From NCBI GenBank assembly GCA_018830005.1, contig JAHJTE010000001.1, forward strand, positions 65,332 to 129,331: DNA of 64,000 bases, read 5' to 3'. Of the stretch, positions 8,454 through 18,025 are shown one piece after another (the first letter of the stretch is position 1; every line of letters starts with the position of its first letter). The stretch is from Candidatus Omnitrophota bacterium. Its GTDB lineage: Bacteria > Omnitrophota > Gorgyraeia > JAHJTE01. The notes beneath the pieces were generated by a model that searched no databases, was not told where the DNA came from, and saw nothing but the letters and a program-made list of their open reading frames with translations. Position numbers and translations under genes: made by a program.

Positions 8454-10028
8454 ATGGCGACCCTTATCCTTAAACAGATGAATAGAAAAGGCATTGTTTT
8501 AATTACATCTTATATGGTTATAGTTGTCTTGTTAATTCTAGCGGCAACAATAGTGCAACGTGCCTTGAGTGAATTTAATTTAGCCCGGAGAAATAAAATT
8601 ACTACAGAAGGCCTTTATCTTGCTGAAGGGGCAATAGAGGAGGCTGCCTATACACTCGCTTACAATGTAGCAAATTACCTGCCTGTACCTGATACGTTCA
8701 CTGATACTGTGAGTCTGTCTTCGGATTTTAATCTGAGTTATAGCTGGACAGCCTTAGATGTAGATCACACTGTTGCGGATTCCTTAGGCATAATTACTAT
8801 TATTCGACACTACCAAATAATTGCTGTGGCTACCGATATCAATTATGGAATTTCAAGCATTGTCAACCAAATTGTTGCCCGTAAAAAAACATACACATTT
8901 CAGCATGCAGTATTTTATAATTATGATTTGGAGATGCTGCCAGGTCCGGACATGACTCTGTCTGGAAAAGTACATTCAAACGAAGATATCTACATTGGTA
9001 CACATAATACGTTCACCATTGATTCGGAGTATCTCTACAGCGCCGGCAATATTTACAATGGACGCAAAGATAGCGCATTGAGCATGGATGGCGGTGTGAG
9101 CATTAAGAAAAGCGGCACAAGTGATTACTACTTTATGAAAGAAGCAGGAGACATAGATCCTTTGGATTCTGATCGTAGTGACTGGACAGATGAATCTCAG
9201 AATCGTTGGAACGGAACAGTAAAAAGCGGCGTTCATGGAGTGACCTCTTTAGCCGCTCCTGAAGTCGGCTCTATAGAACCTGATAGTTACTATGCAGATA
9301 ATGCTGACTTGAAGATAGTAAATACTAATGCCTATGATTCATCAGGCACTCCTGTTGTCTTGCCAGCTGGGACAATCAGCGAAAGTAATTTTTATAATCA
9401 ACGTGAAGCAACCTGGGTTACAGTAACTAATATCGATATGAATTTGCTTAATAGCTCAGGATTTTTTCCTTCCAATGGCCTTCTTTATATTACTCGAACT
9501 GATGCTAGCAGTTCCTCTCCAAATGGAGCCCGTCTTAATAACGCTAGCGAGCTTAATTCAGACTTAACCGTTGTTTCTAATGACCCGGTGTATGTTCAAG
9601 GTGATTATAATAATACCAATAAGAAACCAGCTGCAGTAATCTGTGATTCTTTGAATCTTTTATCTAATAACTGGGACGATGCCAATAGCAGTTTTAACTT
9701 AAGCAGCAGAGTTGCCACGAATACTACTATGAACGCGGCCTTTATTGCCGGGATTGATGAGACGAGCGTCGGCAATTATAATGGCGGCCTAGAAAATTAT
9801 CCCAGACTTCTTGAGACGTGGAGCAATAAGACGCTAAGTATTCGAGGTTCATTCGTCGGGCTATGGAACAGTCAGATTGCTCAAGGTGCCTGGCAATATG
9901 GCAGCCCCCAGTATGAAGCCCCCAGAAGAGATTGGGATTACGACACAGACTTTAATGACAGCACAAAGCTTCCGCCTTTTACGCCCTTTGCTGTTGAGAC
10001 AGAAAGGGTTGCTTGGTGGAAAGGTTAA
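8454..10028 (+). CDS. large pilus-associated protein (PilX/minor-pilin-like N-terminus, N/S/T/D-rich extracellular domain)
   Basis: N-terminal RKG|IVLITSYMVIVVLL hydrophobic segment (no Glu+5), then a 500 aa low-complexity polar domain. Third gene of the pseudopilin cassette. Confidence 0.35.
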   Translation: MATLILKQMNRKGIVLITSYMVIVVLLILAATIVQRALSEFNLARRNKITTEGLYLAEGAIEEAAYTLAYNVANYLPVPDTFTDTVSLSSDFNLSYSWTALDVDHTVADSLGIITIIRHYQIIAVATDINYGISSIVNQIVARKKTYTFQHAVFYNYDLEMLPGPDMTLSGKVHSNEDIYIGTHNTFTIDSEYLYSAGNIYNGRKDSALSMDGGVSIKKSGTSDYYFMKEAGDIDPLDSDRSDWTDESQNRWNGTVKSGVHGVTSLAAPEVGSIEPDSYYADNADLKIVNTNAYDSSGTPVVLPAGTISESNFYNQREATWVTVTNIDMNLLNSSGFFPSNGLLYITRTDASSSSPNGARLNNASELNSDLTVVSNDPVYVQGDYNNTNKKPAAVICDSLNLLSNNWDDANSSFNLSSRVATNTTMNAAFIAGIDETSVGNYNGGLENYPRLLETWSNKTLSIRGSFVGLWNSQIAQGAWQYGSPQYEAPRRDWDYDTDFNDSTKLPPFTPFAVETERVAWWKG

Positions 10029-10089
10029 GTATAACCCGCCCTTCCAAAGTACTAATCGCTAATAACCAATTACTAAATGGAGAGTTCCT

Positions 10090-10410
10090 ATGGTAAGTTT
10101 TAATGATTTCAAGAAATTAGAATTGAAAATTGCCAAGATCGTCGATGCCTCAGATCATCCTGACGCAGATAAGTTGTATGTCTTAAAGGTTAATTTAGGA
10201 GATAAAGAGAAGCAGCTTGTTGCTGGCATACGCAACTTTTACAAAACTGAGGAGTTAATCGGAAGACAAATCGTAGTTGTAGATAATCTTGAAGCAGCAA
10301 CAATAAGAGGCGTAAAATCAGAGGGAATGCTTCTTGCGGCCAGAGATGCTGAAGGCATCAGCTTACTTATGCCAGAAAGAGAAATGCAACTGGGAAGTAG
10401 TGTGATGTGA
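10090..10410 (+). CDS. tRNA-binding domain protein (CsaA/EMAP-II-like, MetRS C-terminal-domain type)
   Basis: About 106 aa OB-fold with KIAKIVDASDHPDADKLYVLKV...GEKEKQLVAGI, typical of CsaA and Trbp111. Confidence 0.6.
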   Translation: MVSFNDFKKLELKIAKIVDASDHPDADKLYVLKVNLGDKEKQLVAGIRNFYKTEELIGRQIVVVDNLEAATIRGVKSEGMLLAARDAEGISLLMPEREMQLGSSVM

Positions 10411-10832
10411 AGATGAAAGTAGAAACCAAATTTTTAAAACTTAAAACATCCGGCAACACAGATATAATTGATATTACAAGCGAGATACAGCACTTTCTTT
10501 CAGAAAGTGGCCTAGAAGAGGGCACAGTTACTGTCAGCGCTATTGGTTCTACGGCTTCGGTGACAACCTGTGAGTTTGAACCAGGATTAGTAAAGGACCT
10601 TAAGGCATTATTCGAGGAGTTGATACCTGCCAATCGTCATTATTGCCACGATGAGGCCTGGCATGATGGTAATGGTCATTCGCATCTGCGTGCAAGCTTA
10701 GTAGGCCCGAGTAAGACATTCATCTTTTCAGACGGCAAGCTCTGTCTAGGCACATGGCAGCAGATTATCTTTATTGATTTTGATGCAAGGCCACGTCAGA
10801 GAAAGATTGTCTTTCAGTTTAGCGGTAGGTGA
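10407..10832 (+). CDS. YjbQ/UPF0047 family protein (secondary thiamine-phosphate synthase-like)
   Basis: HLRASLVGPS...LGTWQQIIFIDFD matches the YjbQ family. 141 aa. Confidence 0.7.
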   Translation: MKMKVETKFLKLKTSGNTDIIDITSEIQHFLSESGLEEGTVTVSAIGSTASVTTCEFEPGLVKDLKALFEELIPANRHYCHDEAWHDGNGHSHLRASLVGPSKTFIFSDGKLCLGTWQQIIFIDFDARPRQRKIVFQFSGR

Positions 10833-10853
10833 GTTTTTTATAAGAGAAATTCA

Positions 10854-11675
10854 ATGAATGATTTAAAGGATAAGGAATTAGTAATCTTTGATTTAGAAAC
10901 AACTGGTTTGAATCCTCAAGAAGGAGATCGTATCTGCGAAATCGCAGGCATAAAGTATAAAGATGATAGTGTGATTGACACCTTCCATTCTTTGATTGAT
11001 CCTCAAAGGCCGATATCCCCTGCTGCCTATGCGATAAACCGTATTGATAAGGAGATGTTAAAGGATGCTCCTAAAAATATTGATGTCTTGCCGCATTTTG
11101 CAAAGTTTATCTCAGGGACATATCTGGCTGCCTACAATATAAGGTTTGATTTGAATTTTCTGACAAATGAATTGAAGACCATGGGCAAGACTATTGGAGA
11201 GGATATTTTGTTTTTTGATATTCTTGCTCTTGCCCGGCGTACTTTATTACAGCTACCAAGCTATTCTTTAGCTAATGTTGCAAATAGTCTTGATCTGAAG
11301 TATCTCAAGCTTCACCGCGCCCTGAATGATGTCCGTTTGAGCTGGAATGTCTTAAGCTCACTGCTTGATATATTAAAAGGAAGAGGTATTAAGAATTTTT
11401 CCGAAGTCTATACGCTTTGCGGATTTAATCCGGATTTATTGAGCCAGGCCAACGAGCAAAAGATCGCATTCATCTTAAGGGCGATTGATTTTCGTTTTAA
11501 TCTCGCCATTCGCTATTTTTCCAAATCCTCAGCACAGGTCACTGAAAGAAATATTACCCCTAAAGAGATTTATGAAGAACATGGTAAGAAATATCTAATA
11601 GGATATTGCCATCTGCGCAATGATGAGAGAAATTTTGCTATTGATTCCATACTTCATTTGGACGTTAAGACCTAA
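10854..11675 (+). CDS. DEDDh 3'-5' exonuclease (DNA pol III epsilon-like) with a C-terminal extension
   Basis: The exonuclease motifs are LVIFDLETTGL (Exo I), YNIRFDLNFL (Exo II) and HRALNDVRL (Exo III). An extra uncharacterised C-terminal domain of about 100 aa follows. Confidence 0.7.
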   Translation: MNDLKDKELVIFDLETTGLNPQEGDRICEIAGIKYKDDSVIDTFHSLIDPQRPISPAAYAINRIDKEMLKDAPKNIDVLPHFAKFISGTYLAAYNIRFDLNFLTNELKTMGKTIGEDILFFDILALARRTLLQLPSYSLANVANSLDLKYLKLHRALNDVRLSWNVLSSLLDILKGRGIKNFSEVYTLCGFNPDLLSQANEQKIAFILRAIDFRFNLAIRYFSKSSAQVTERNITPKEIYEEHGKKYLIGYCHLRNDERNFAIDSILHLDVKT

Positions 11676-11706
11676 CTCGGTATTTCTTGAGCATATATTA
11701 TTGAAA

Positions 11707-14529
11707 ATGAAGATAGATATCCGCCATTCTCTTAAAATCCTTATAATAACACTTATTTATTTTACGCTAGGTCTTTTTGTCCTTCATCCAGCAAGGGCAG
11801 ATGGCTATCCGCATTATGATATACAAGCACGCCTTGATATAGAAAAGCACTCTATTTCTGCGCATGAAGTGGTTACATTTACAAATAACTACGAAAAAGG
11901 AATAACGGAGCTTTATTTTCACATTTATCCTAACAAAAAATTTAACAAAAAAGAAAAAGAATTTATTTATCAGTTTGCGGGATATTTTAAGGCCAATCTT
12001 TTTCCCGATGGTTTTCAGGAAAGCGTTTTAAATATCCATAATATAGTGCTAAATCAAAGGAGATTAGATTTTTCTATAGAAGATCCAGATGCGACAATCC
12101 TGAGAGTAAAATTACCCTTTAGCCTTAAAAAGGGTGAAAGCGTAAAGCTGGAAATAGATTTTGACGTTACTATCCCGCATGCCTATGGCAGATTCGGCTG
12201 GCATAAAGATATAATCTCTTTACACCGTTGGTATCCTCTGCTTTCGGTGTTGGATGATGAAGGCTGGCATAATTATCCATTTTATCTTTTCCACCAGCCC
12301 TATTTTTCAGACGCAAGCACATATAAGATTGATCTAACCTTACCTCAAGATTTAGTTATTGTCCACAGCGGCGTATTGACATCTAGAAAGACACTCGATG
12401 GCGGCCTTAAGGAAATCAGCTTAGAGACGCAAAGACCAACAAGAGATTTTTCACTTGCCTTAAGCCCAAGCTATAAAGTAATTACGAAAAGATGCGGCAA
12501 TATTCTGGTTAAATCCTTTTATCTTCAAGGTGATGAGTTTTATGCTGAGCAAGCTGCAAATTTTGCCTGCGATTCTATAAATTATTACTCAAAACATTAC
12601 GGAGAATATCCTTACAGCGAATTTAGCATTGCACCTGTATATCTTGCTTGTGGAGGACATGAGACTTCAAATATGATTTTTATCGACACGCGTGTCTATA
12701 GATTGCCGAAGTTTCTTATAAGATATTTTGACTTTTTGATTTCGCATGAGACTGGCCACCAATGGTGGTTTAATGTAGTCGGCTCTGATGAGTATCGCCA
12801 GACCTGGCTTGATGAGGGCCTGAATTCTTATTGTTTACTTTCTTATTTGGAGTCAAAATATGGCGATAAGGCAGAGGTGCTTGAGTTGCCGAGATTCCTT
12901 GACTGGCTTATACCTAATTTTACTTTTAGGGATTCCTCGATTTTCAGATATATTTATATGGCAAAAAATGGTATTGCCAGACCAATCTTGGGCACTTTGT
13001 CCAGCTTCAAAGAACCCTCAAGCATTTTTGCTTTAGCCTATGGCAAGGGTGCTCAAGTTTTTTCTATGCTCAGATACCTTTTAGGCGATGAGGCATTTTC
13101 GCGTGTACTGTCCAGATACTACAGTGAATTTAAGTTCAAAAATGCAAGCGTAGAGGACTTTAAAAAGATTGCACAAGATTTCACTGATAAGGATCTAGAT
13201 GTATTTTTCAAGCAATGGCTAGAGACAGACAATGTTTGCGACTATGCAATTGCTAAGGTAGAAGGAAATCGGCTTATAATTGAAGATAAAGGAGCAATCT
13301 CCATGCCGCTTGAAGTTAAGGTAGGGTTGGAGAATAATAGAATAATCAGAAGAAAATTAGAGTTTAAAGATAAGAGAGAAGAGATAATATTTGATGCGGA
13401 TATTAAGTCAGTACAGCTTGATCCTGAGAATCGCATCTTAGAAATAGACAAGACAAATAATAGCTACCCTACTAAAGTAAAGGCAAAATTTGTTCCTTTG
13501 TATTTCTTTGCCTATGAGATCCCATTGTTTTTAGATAGAGGTGCCCTTAATATAATAACTGGCCCTTCTTTAGCATCCAATGGCCTAGGTCTAAAGTCCT
13601 CCTTGCAGAAACCCGATGATCTTGTGTTTTCGGTTTCTGGTAATTTCAATTTTGATGACGAGAGCCTAAATACGGGGGTCGATATCATAAAGGAACATAT
13701 AGCTGGCAGGCAACGAAGTCTAGGATTTAGCTTTTTTAATGAGGATTATCACGACGATGATGTAGAAGATTTACGCGGCGGAAAGATATTTTTGCGGCAG
13801 CAACTGTGGCCTGCAGCCTATGGTATGATTGATAATAACGACCACTTGACTTTATATTTACTTCGCAACCAACAATGGAAAGGCTCGCCTGGTTCCGCTG
13901 AGAGGATAGATAATCTGTATTATCGTAAATATGAAGAGGCTATATTTGGTAGCACGATTCATATTGCTCGGCGTGGTCCCTATCCTGATTTCTCGCGCGG
14001 ATTTTCTTTTGATAGCACTGTTGAATCAGCAGGGCATTTTTTAGGTGGCGAGGAATCATTTTGGCGCCTATTGCAGGAATTCGCGGTTTACAAACCTATA
14101 AACAAAAAAGATGTGATTGCAGCGCGGATTAAATTCGGCTGGGGAGGCTCAGCTGATAAAAGACTGTTTCAGTTAGGTGGATTTGATGGCCTGAGAGGAT
14201 ATCAGAATAAGAGCATTGAAGGAAGTCGATGTCTTCTCTTGAGTCTTGAATACCGCTTATTTATAATCGAGGATTTAGGTATTGCTTTGTTCGATAATAT
14301 TATTAATATAGATGATATTCAACTTGTCAGCTTCTTTGATGTTGGTAAGGCCTGGAGTGGTAATTATCGCAGCAAGGATTTTAAGAAGGATGCAGGGCTT
14401 GGTTTGCGTTTTCATGTGGATATCGCATCACTTTTTGAGCGTTTAATTTTGCGTTTGGACGTGGCAGAGGCAATTAATGACCCTGATCAGGACAGACGCG
14501 TTTGGCTGGGTATAAGCCATACATTCTAA
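11707..14529 (+). CDS. M1-family zinc metallopeptidase fused to a C-terminal Omp85/TpsB-like outer-membrane beta-barrel
   Basis: Signal peptide (MKIDIRHSLKILIITLIYFTLGLFVLHPARA). Gluzincin motif HETGHQWW-x18-E (LDEGLNSY). C-terminal 300 aa with the LGGFDGLRGY barrel motif, alternating amphipathic strands and a terminal ...GISHTF (C-terminal Phe). Start moved to ATG 11707 to remove the overlap with the upstream gene. Confidence 0.65.
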   Translation: MKIDIRHSLKILIITLIYFTLGLFVLHPARADGYPHYDIQARLDIEKHSISAHEVVTFTNNYEKGITELYFHIYPNKKFNKKEKEFIYQFAGYFKANLFPDGFQESVLNIHNIVLNQRRLDFSIEDPDATILRVKLPFSLKKGESVKLEIDFDVTIPHAYGRFGWHKDIISLHRWYPLLSVLDDEGWHNYPFYLFHQPYFSDASTYKIDLTLPQDLVIVHSGVLTSRKTLDGGLKEISLETQRPTRDFSLALSPSYKVITKRCGNILVKSFYLQGDEFYAEQAANFACDSINYYSKHYGEYPYSEFSIAPVYLACGGHETSNMIFIDTRVYRLPKFLIRYFDFLISHETGHQWWFNVVGSDEYRQTWLDEGLNSYCLLSYLESKYGDKAEVLELPRFLDWLIPNFTFRDSSIFRYIYMAKNGIARPILGTLSSFKEPSSIFALAYGKGAQVFSMLRYLLGDEAFSRVLSRYYSEFKFKNASVEDFKKIAQDFTDKDLDVFFKQWLETDNVCDYAIAKVEGNRLIIEDKGAISMPLEVKVGLENNRIIRRKLEFKDKREEIIFDADIKSVQLDPENRILEIDKTNNSYPTKVKAKFVPLYFFAYEIPLFLDRGALNIITGPSLASNGLGLKSSLQKPDDLVFSVSGNFNFDDESLNTGVDIIKEHIAGRQRSLGFSFFNEDYHDDDVEDLRGGKIFLRQQLWPAAYGMIDNNDHLTLYLLRNQQWKGSPGSAERIDNLYYRKYEEAIFGSTIHIARRGPYPDFSRGFSFDSTVESAGHFLGGEESFWRLLQEFAVYKPINKKDVIAARIKFGWGGSADKRLFQLGGFDGLRGYQNKSIEGSRCLLLSLEYRLFIIEDLGIALFDNIINIDDIQLVSFFDVGKAWSGNYRSKDFKKDAGLGLRFHVDIASLFERLILRLDVAEAINDPDQDRRVWLGISHTF

Positions 14530-14577
14530 AAGTAGTCATTGCGCTTAGCAGATGGTAAGCTTTCAGAGTAAGAGAAT

Positions 14578-15687
14578 ATGATAAATAAGAATCGCCTTAT
14601 TAAATTAACAAAGGATTTGATATCCATAAATTCTGAGAATCCTCCGGGTCAGGAGGCGAAGGTTGCGCAATATGTCAAGGAATTGATGCTTAGGATGAAG
14701 GGCCCGATTGTCAGGACCTATGCCTTTTCAAAAGGAAGGCCAAATGTAATTGGGATATTGAAAGGAAAAGGCTCTAAAGGCTCCCTCCTATTGAGCCCGC
14801 ATATGGATACAGTGCCTGCTGGCAAAAATTGGAAACGCGATCCCTTCAAGCCGAAGATTTCAGAAGGCAGGCTTTTTGGCAGGGGTGCGACTGATTGTAA
14901 AGGAAATTTGGCAGTATCACTTGAGATTATGCAAAGTTTATCAGAAGAAAAAATAGTTTTAAACAGAGACGTAATTATCGCTGCTACGGTTGATGAAGAG
15001 ACCGGAAGCCATGAAGGAATGATTAAGTTGCTGGAGAGGAAGATCTTAAAACCTCACTTTGCCATGATTTTAGATAGTGATGATTTTAAAGTAATTATTG
15101 CCCAGAAAGGACTTATTCATTTTAAGGTGAAGATATTTGGCAAAAAGGCCCATGGCGCTTATCCCGACAGAGGCGTAAATGCTATCGAGATAGCCTCTAG
15201 GGTAATAGGCGATTTAGGCAATTTAAACTTTCATTTCAGGCGTCATGCTTATCTTAAGGCCCCCACTATAAATATTGGAAAGATTTCAGGCGGAGAAAAA
15301 GTAAATATAGTTGCTGATTATTGTGAATTTGAGGTTGATTTAAGATTTTTGCCAGGAATGAATCCAGCCCAGATCTTAAAACAGATAAAGAAAATTATAA
15401 GTTCCAGAATAAAGAAATTTTCTCTGCATGTAGATTCCCTACAAGTGCCTTATGAAATTTCTAAAAGGCATACCTTCATAAGGGGCATCCTCGAATCTGA
15501 TAAGAGATTCACTTTAAGCGGAAGTGAAGGAGCGACCGTTATAACATTTTTTAAGAGACATAAGATACCAGCTGTTGCAACCGGATTTGGTTCTGGCGGC
15601 TGTGCACATATAGCTGACGAATATGTTAAAGTTAGTAATCTATATCGAGGCGCTCTGGCATTGGAGAAGTTTATTAAAGAGTTTTGA
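14578..15687 (+). CDS. M20 family metallopeptidase (ArgE/DapE-like deacylase)
   Basis: Metal-binding motifs SPHMDTVP, GRGATDCKGN, VDEETGS and a C-terminal H. 369 aa. Confidence 0.75.
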   Translation: MINKNRLIKLTKDLISINSENPPGQEAKVAQYVKELMLRMKGPIVRTYAFSKGRPNVIGILKGKGSKGSLLLSPHMDTVPAGKNWKRDPFKPKISEGRLFGRGATDCKGNLAVSLEIMQSLSEEKIVLNRDVIIAATVDEETGSHEGMIKLLERKILKPHFAMILDSDDFKVIIAQKGLIHFKVKIFGKKAHGAYPDRGVNAIEIASRVIGDLGNLNFHFRRHAYLKAPTINIGKISGGEKVNIVADYCEFEVDLRFLPGMNPAQILKQIKKIISSRIKKFSLHVDSLQVPYEISKRHTFIRGILESDKRFTLSGSEGATVITFFKRHKIPAVATGFGSGGCAHIADEYVKVSNLYRGALALEKFIKEF

Positions 15688-15742
15688 TGAGGGAACAATT
15701 TAGGCAGTGCATGGGGGAGCTAAATTGTAGGAGGTGAGAGAT

Positions 15743-16000
15743 ATGACAGAAAATACACAACAGGAACAGCTACCAATTGGTGCTCCGCTAGCTGTGGTCA
15801 AATCTAAGACTATCTCCAAAAAGGCAGGTTGGTGGCAGGCAGTAGTTTTAGTAGATGGCTGGGGTAGAAAGATGATAAATATTTATTTATGGCAGAAGAA
15901 AAAAGAGGGCTGGAAGAGAAAGCAGAAATTTAGTATTCACAATACTAAGAGGTGGGAAGAGATAGCCGAGGCCGTAAATGAATTCTTGCCAGAGCTCTGA
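15743..16000 (+). CDS. hypothetical small Trp/Lys-rich protein
   Basis: ATG with a GGAGGTGA SD 7 nt upstream. No recognisable motif. Confidence 0.35.
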   Translation: MTENTQQEQLPIGAPLAVVKSKTISKKAGWWQAVVLVDGWGRKMINIYLWQKKKEGWKRKQKFSIHNTKRWEEIAEAVNEFLPEL

Positions 16001-16024
16001 ATATTAAGTCTTTCTACTGTTTGG

Positions 16025-16053
16025 TTGACGCGGGTTTTGTTTTGTGCTAATGT
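16025..16053 (+). promoter_or_regulatory. putative sigma70 promoter upstream of the nuclease gene
   Basis: TTGACG (16025-30), a 17 nt spacer, then TAATGT (16048-53). Confidence 0.35.
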
Positions 16054-16145
16054 AGGCTCAAAGACATAAGGATGATCCGAGATTTCCTCTTATCTGTAAT
16101 CAGATGCAGCGTTAAATTAATCTCTATAATCATATTTGAATAATA

Positions 16146-17027
16146 ATGAATACTTATTGGAAGAGGCGGCCTAGCTGGTCAAAATCTCGTCAGGGGATTT
16201 TAGAACAATGCCCCTTTGCCTATTATTATACCTATATAGGTAGGTATGAAAAGACAGAAGAAGGAAAAACAATTACACAATTGCTTAAATTGCAAAAATT
16301 CTATTTTTTCAAAGGGACTTTAATCCACAGCGCTGTTAGAGGCCAGATTACTCAAAAGATATCAAAGAGGCCGATAAGTTTAGAGGCAGCAAAAAATTTT
16401 ATTGATTTAGAATTCAGCAAGATATCTAATGACCAGGCCAAATACATATCCGAGGCGCATAATGGTTTTCCTCTGGAAAGATCTTTTTTAGAAAATGAAA
16501 GGCAAGACGCCCTATCTCAGATTACTACTTTTTTTTCGGTGCTTTGGCCTAGCTATGAATCATTAGAAATTCTCGCTCATGAGCGATTGGAGAATTTTCA
16601 GATTGGGGATGTTAAAGTCTGGGTGCAACCAGACTTAGTTACAAAAAATCTTGCAGGAGAATTGATAATTTCTGACTGGAAGACCGGTAAGGAGGTTTCC
16701 GTATCGGCTGATACTGATTTACAACTTTCCGTTTATATTTTATGGGCCTCTTTGCACTTTGCTGTAAATATCGAAGGAATCGGGGCAGAACTTACTTTTT
16801 TGAAGACAGCACAGAGTTTTCCTACAAGACGCAAGAAAGAACAGATTGACACGCTCAAGGATTATATAATCCAGCAGGCGCGAAAGATGGTTTCTTTCAG
16901 GAAGAAAGAAGACTTTATTCCTAAGCCAAACTTTAATTTATGCAAGGGTTGTAATTTTGCAACTATCTGTCCTGCTGCAGCGATGAAAGAAGCCTCAAGT
17001 GAGGGTATGGCTTACGGAACAAGGTAA
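16146..17027 (+). CDS. PD-(D/E)XK nuclease family protein, Cas4/RecB-like with a 4-Cys Fe-S cluster motif
   Basis: N-terminal Cys (LEQCPFAYY) plus C-terminal C-x2-C-x5-C (CKGCNFATIC). The RecB motifs are VQPDLV (motif II), ELIISDWK (motif III) and QLSVY (QxxxY). Confidence 0.65.
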   Translation: MNTYWKRRPSWSKSRQGILEQCPFAYYYTYIGRYEKTEEGKTITQLLKLQKFYFFKGTLIHSAVRGQITQKISKRPISLEAAKNFIDLEFSKISNDQAKYISEAHNGFPLERSFLENERQDALSQITTFFSVLWPSYESLEILAHERLENFQIGDVKVWVQPDLVTKNLAGELIISDWKTGKEVSVSADTDLQLSVYILWASLHFAVNIEGIGAELTFLKTAQSFPTRRKKEQIDTLKDYIIQQARKMVSFRKKEDFIPKPNFNLCKGCNFATICPAAAMKEASSEGMAYGTR

Positions 17028-17050
17028 CGTAAGGTATTCATAGGTAATTT

Positions 17051-18025
17051 ATGAAGAACATGATTAAATTTACACGAAAGGTTAAACTAAAAAGCCCAAT
17101 TTTTATTGCTGCCTGGCCAGGTATGGGTAATGTTGCTATTAAATGCGCCACGTATTTGAAGGATAGCCTGCATGCTGAGGAATTCGCTATTTTGGATACC
17201 GCAGATTTATTTTATCCTGATGAGGCCTTGGTTAAGGAAGGTATTATCCAGGTTCCCTATTTCCCTAAAGGTAAGTTCTATTATTGGAAGAACAAGCTTG
17301 GTAGAAATGATTTGATTATTTTTATCTCTGAGTCTCAACCCTCCGCAGATAAGGGGTATTTCTATACTCACAAGATAATGGAAGTGGCAGAAAGTTTTCA
17401 GGTTAAAAAGGTGTTTACCTTTGCTGCAATGCCAGCGCCGATTGAGCATACCCAGAAATCAAACGTCTGGTTTGCAGCCACGGATAGAGCATTTTGCCTG
17501 GATTTAAAAAGATTTAAGGCAAAACGTATGGACACAGGTCAGATTAGCGGTCTGAACGGACTTTTGCTTTCGATTGTCAGAGAAAGAGGCCAGCGCGGTG
17601 TTTGTTTATTAGGAGAGGTCCCTCTCTATACAATTCAGATTGACAATCTCAAGGCAAGTTTAGCCATACTGGAAATTTTCACAAAGGTTTTAGGCATTCG
17701 TATAAATCTAGATGAATTAAGAATTCAAGCACAGCTTCAGGAAGAAGAGATGAATAGATTAATAGAATATTTTAGAGGCGGCTCAGAGCATAAAGAAACG
17801 ATAAGTGAGGAAGAGATAGAGCGTATTAAAAAGTCACTACAGTTTTACACTAAATTGCCTAATTCAGTTAAAGAAAGAATTGAGAAACTGTTTGAGGTAG
17901 TAAAGAAAGATATCTCCAAGGCCAACGAACTCAAATGTGAATTGGATAAATGGAGCATCTATAAGGATTATGAAGATAGATTTTTGGATTTGTTCAAAGA
18001 CAGGAAAAGGTCGAGTAATCAGTAA
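17051..18025 (+). CDS. PAC2 (proteasome assembly chaperone 2-like) family protein
   Basis: N-terminal IAAWPGMGNVA matches the G-x-PG-x-G-x-V signature of bacterial and archaeal PAC2 proteins. Coiled-coil, charged C-terminus. Assignment from the motif only. Confidence 0.45.
   Translation: MKNMIKFTRKVKLKSPIFIAAWPGMGNVAIKCATYLKDSLHAEEFAILDTADLFYPDEALVKEGIIQVPYFPKGKFYYWKNKLGRNDLIIFISESQPSADKGYFYTHKIMEVAESFQVKKVFTFAAMPAPIEHTQKSNVWFAATDRAFCLDLKRFKAKRMDTGQISGLNGLLLSIVRERGQRGVCLLGEVPLYTIQIDNLKASLAILEIFTKVLGIRINLDELRIQAQLQEEEMNRLIEYFRGGSEHKETISEEEIERIKKSLQFYTKLPNSVKERIEKLFEVVKKDISKANELKCELDKWSIYKDYEDRFLDLFKDRKRSSNQ

Noticed and set aside
17937-18025. Possibility that the PAC2 and DUF1805 ORFs are one frameshifted gene
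   Set aside because: The two frames encode unrelated domain types, each plausibly complete. The overlap is more simply explained by a downstream start codon (ATG 17970 or later).
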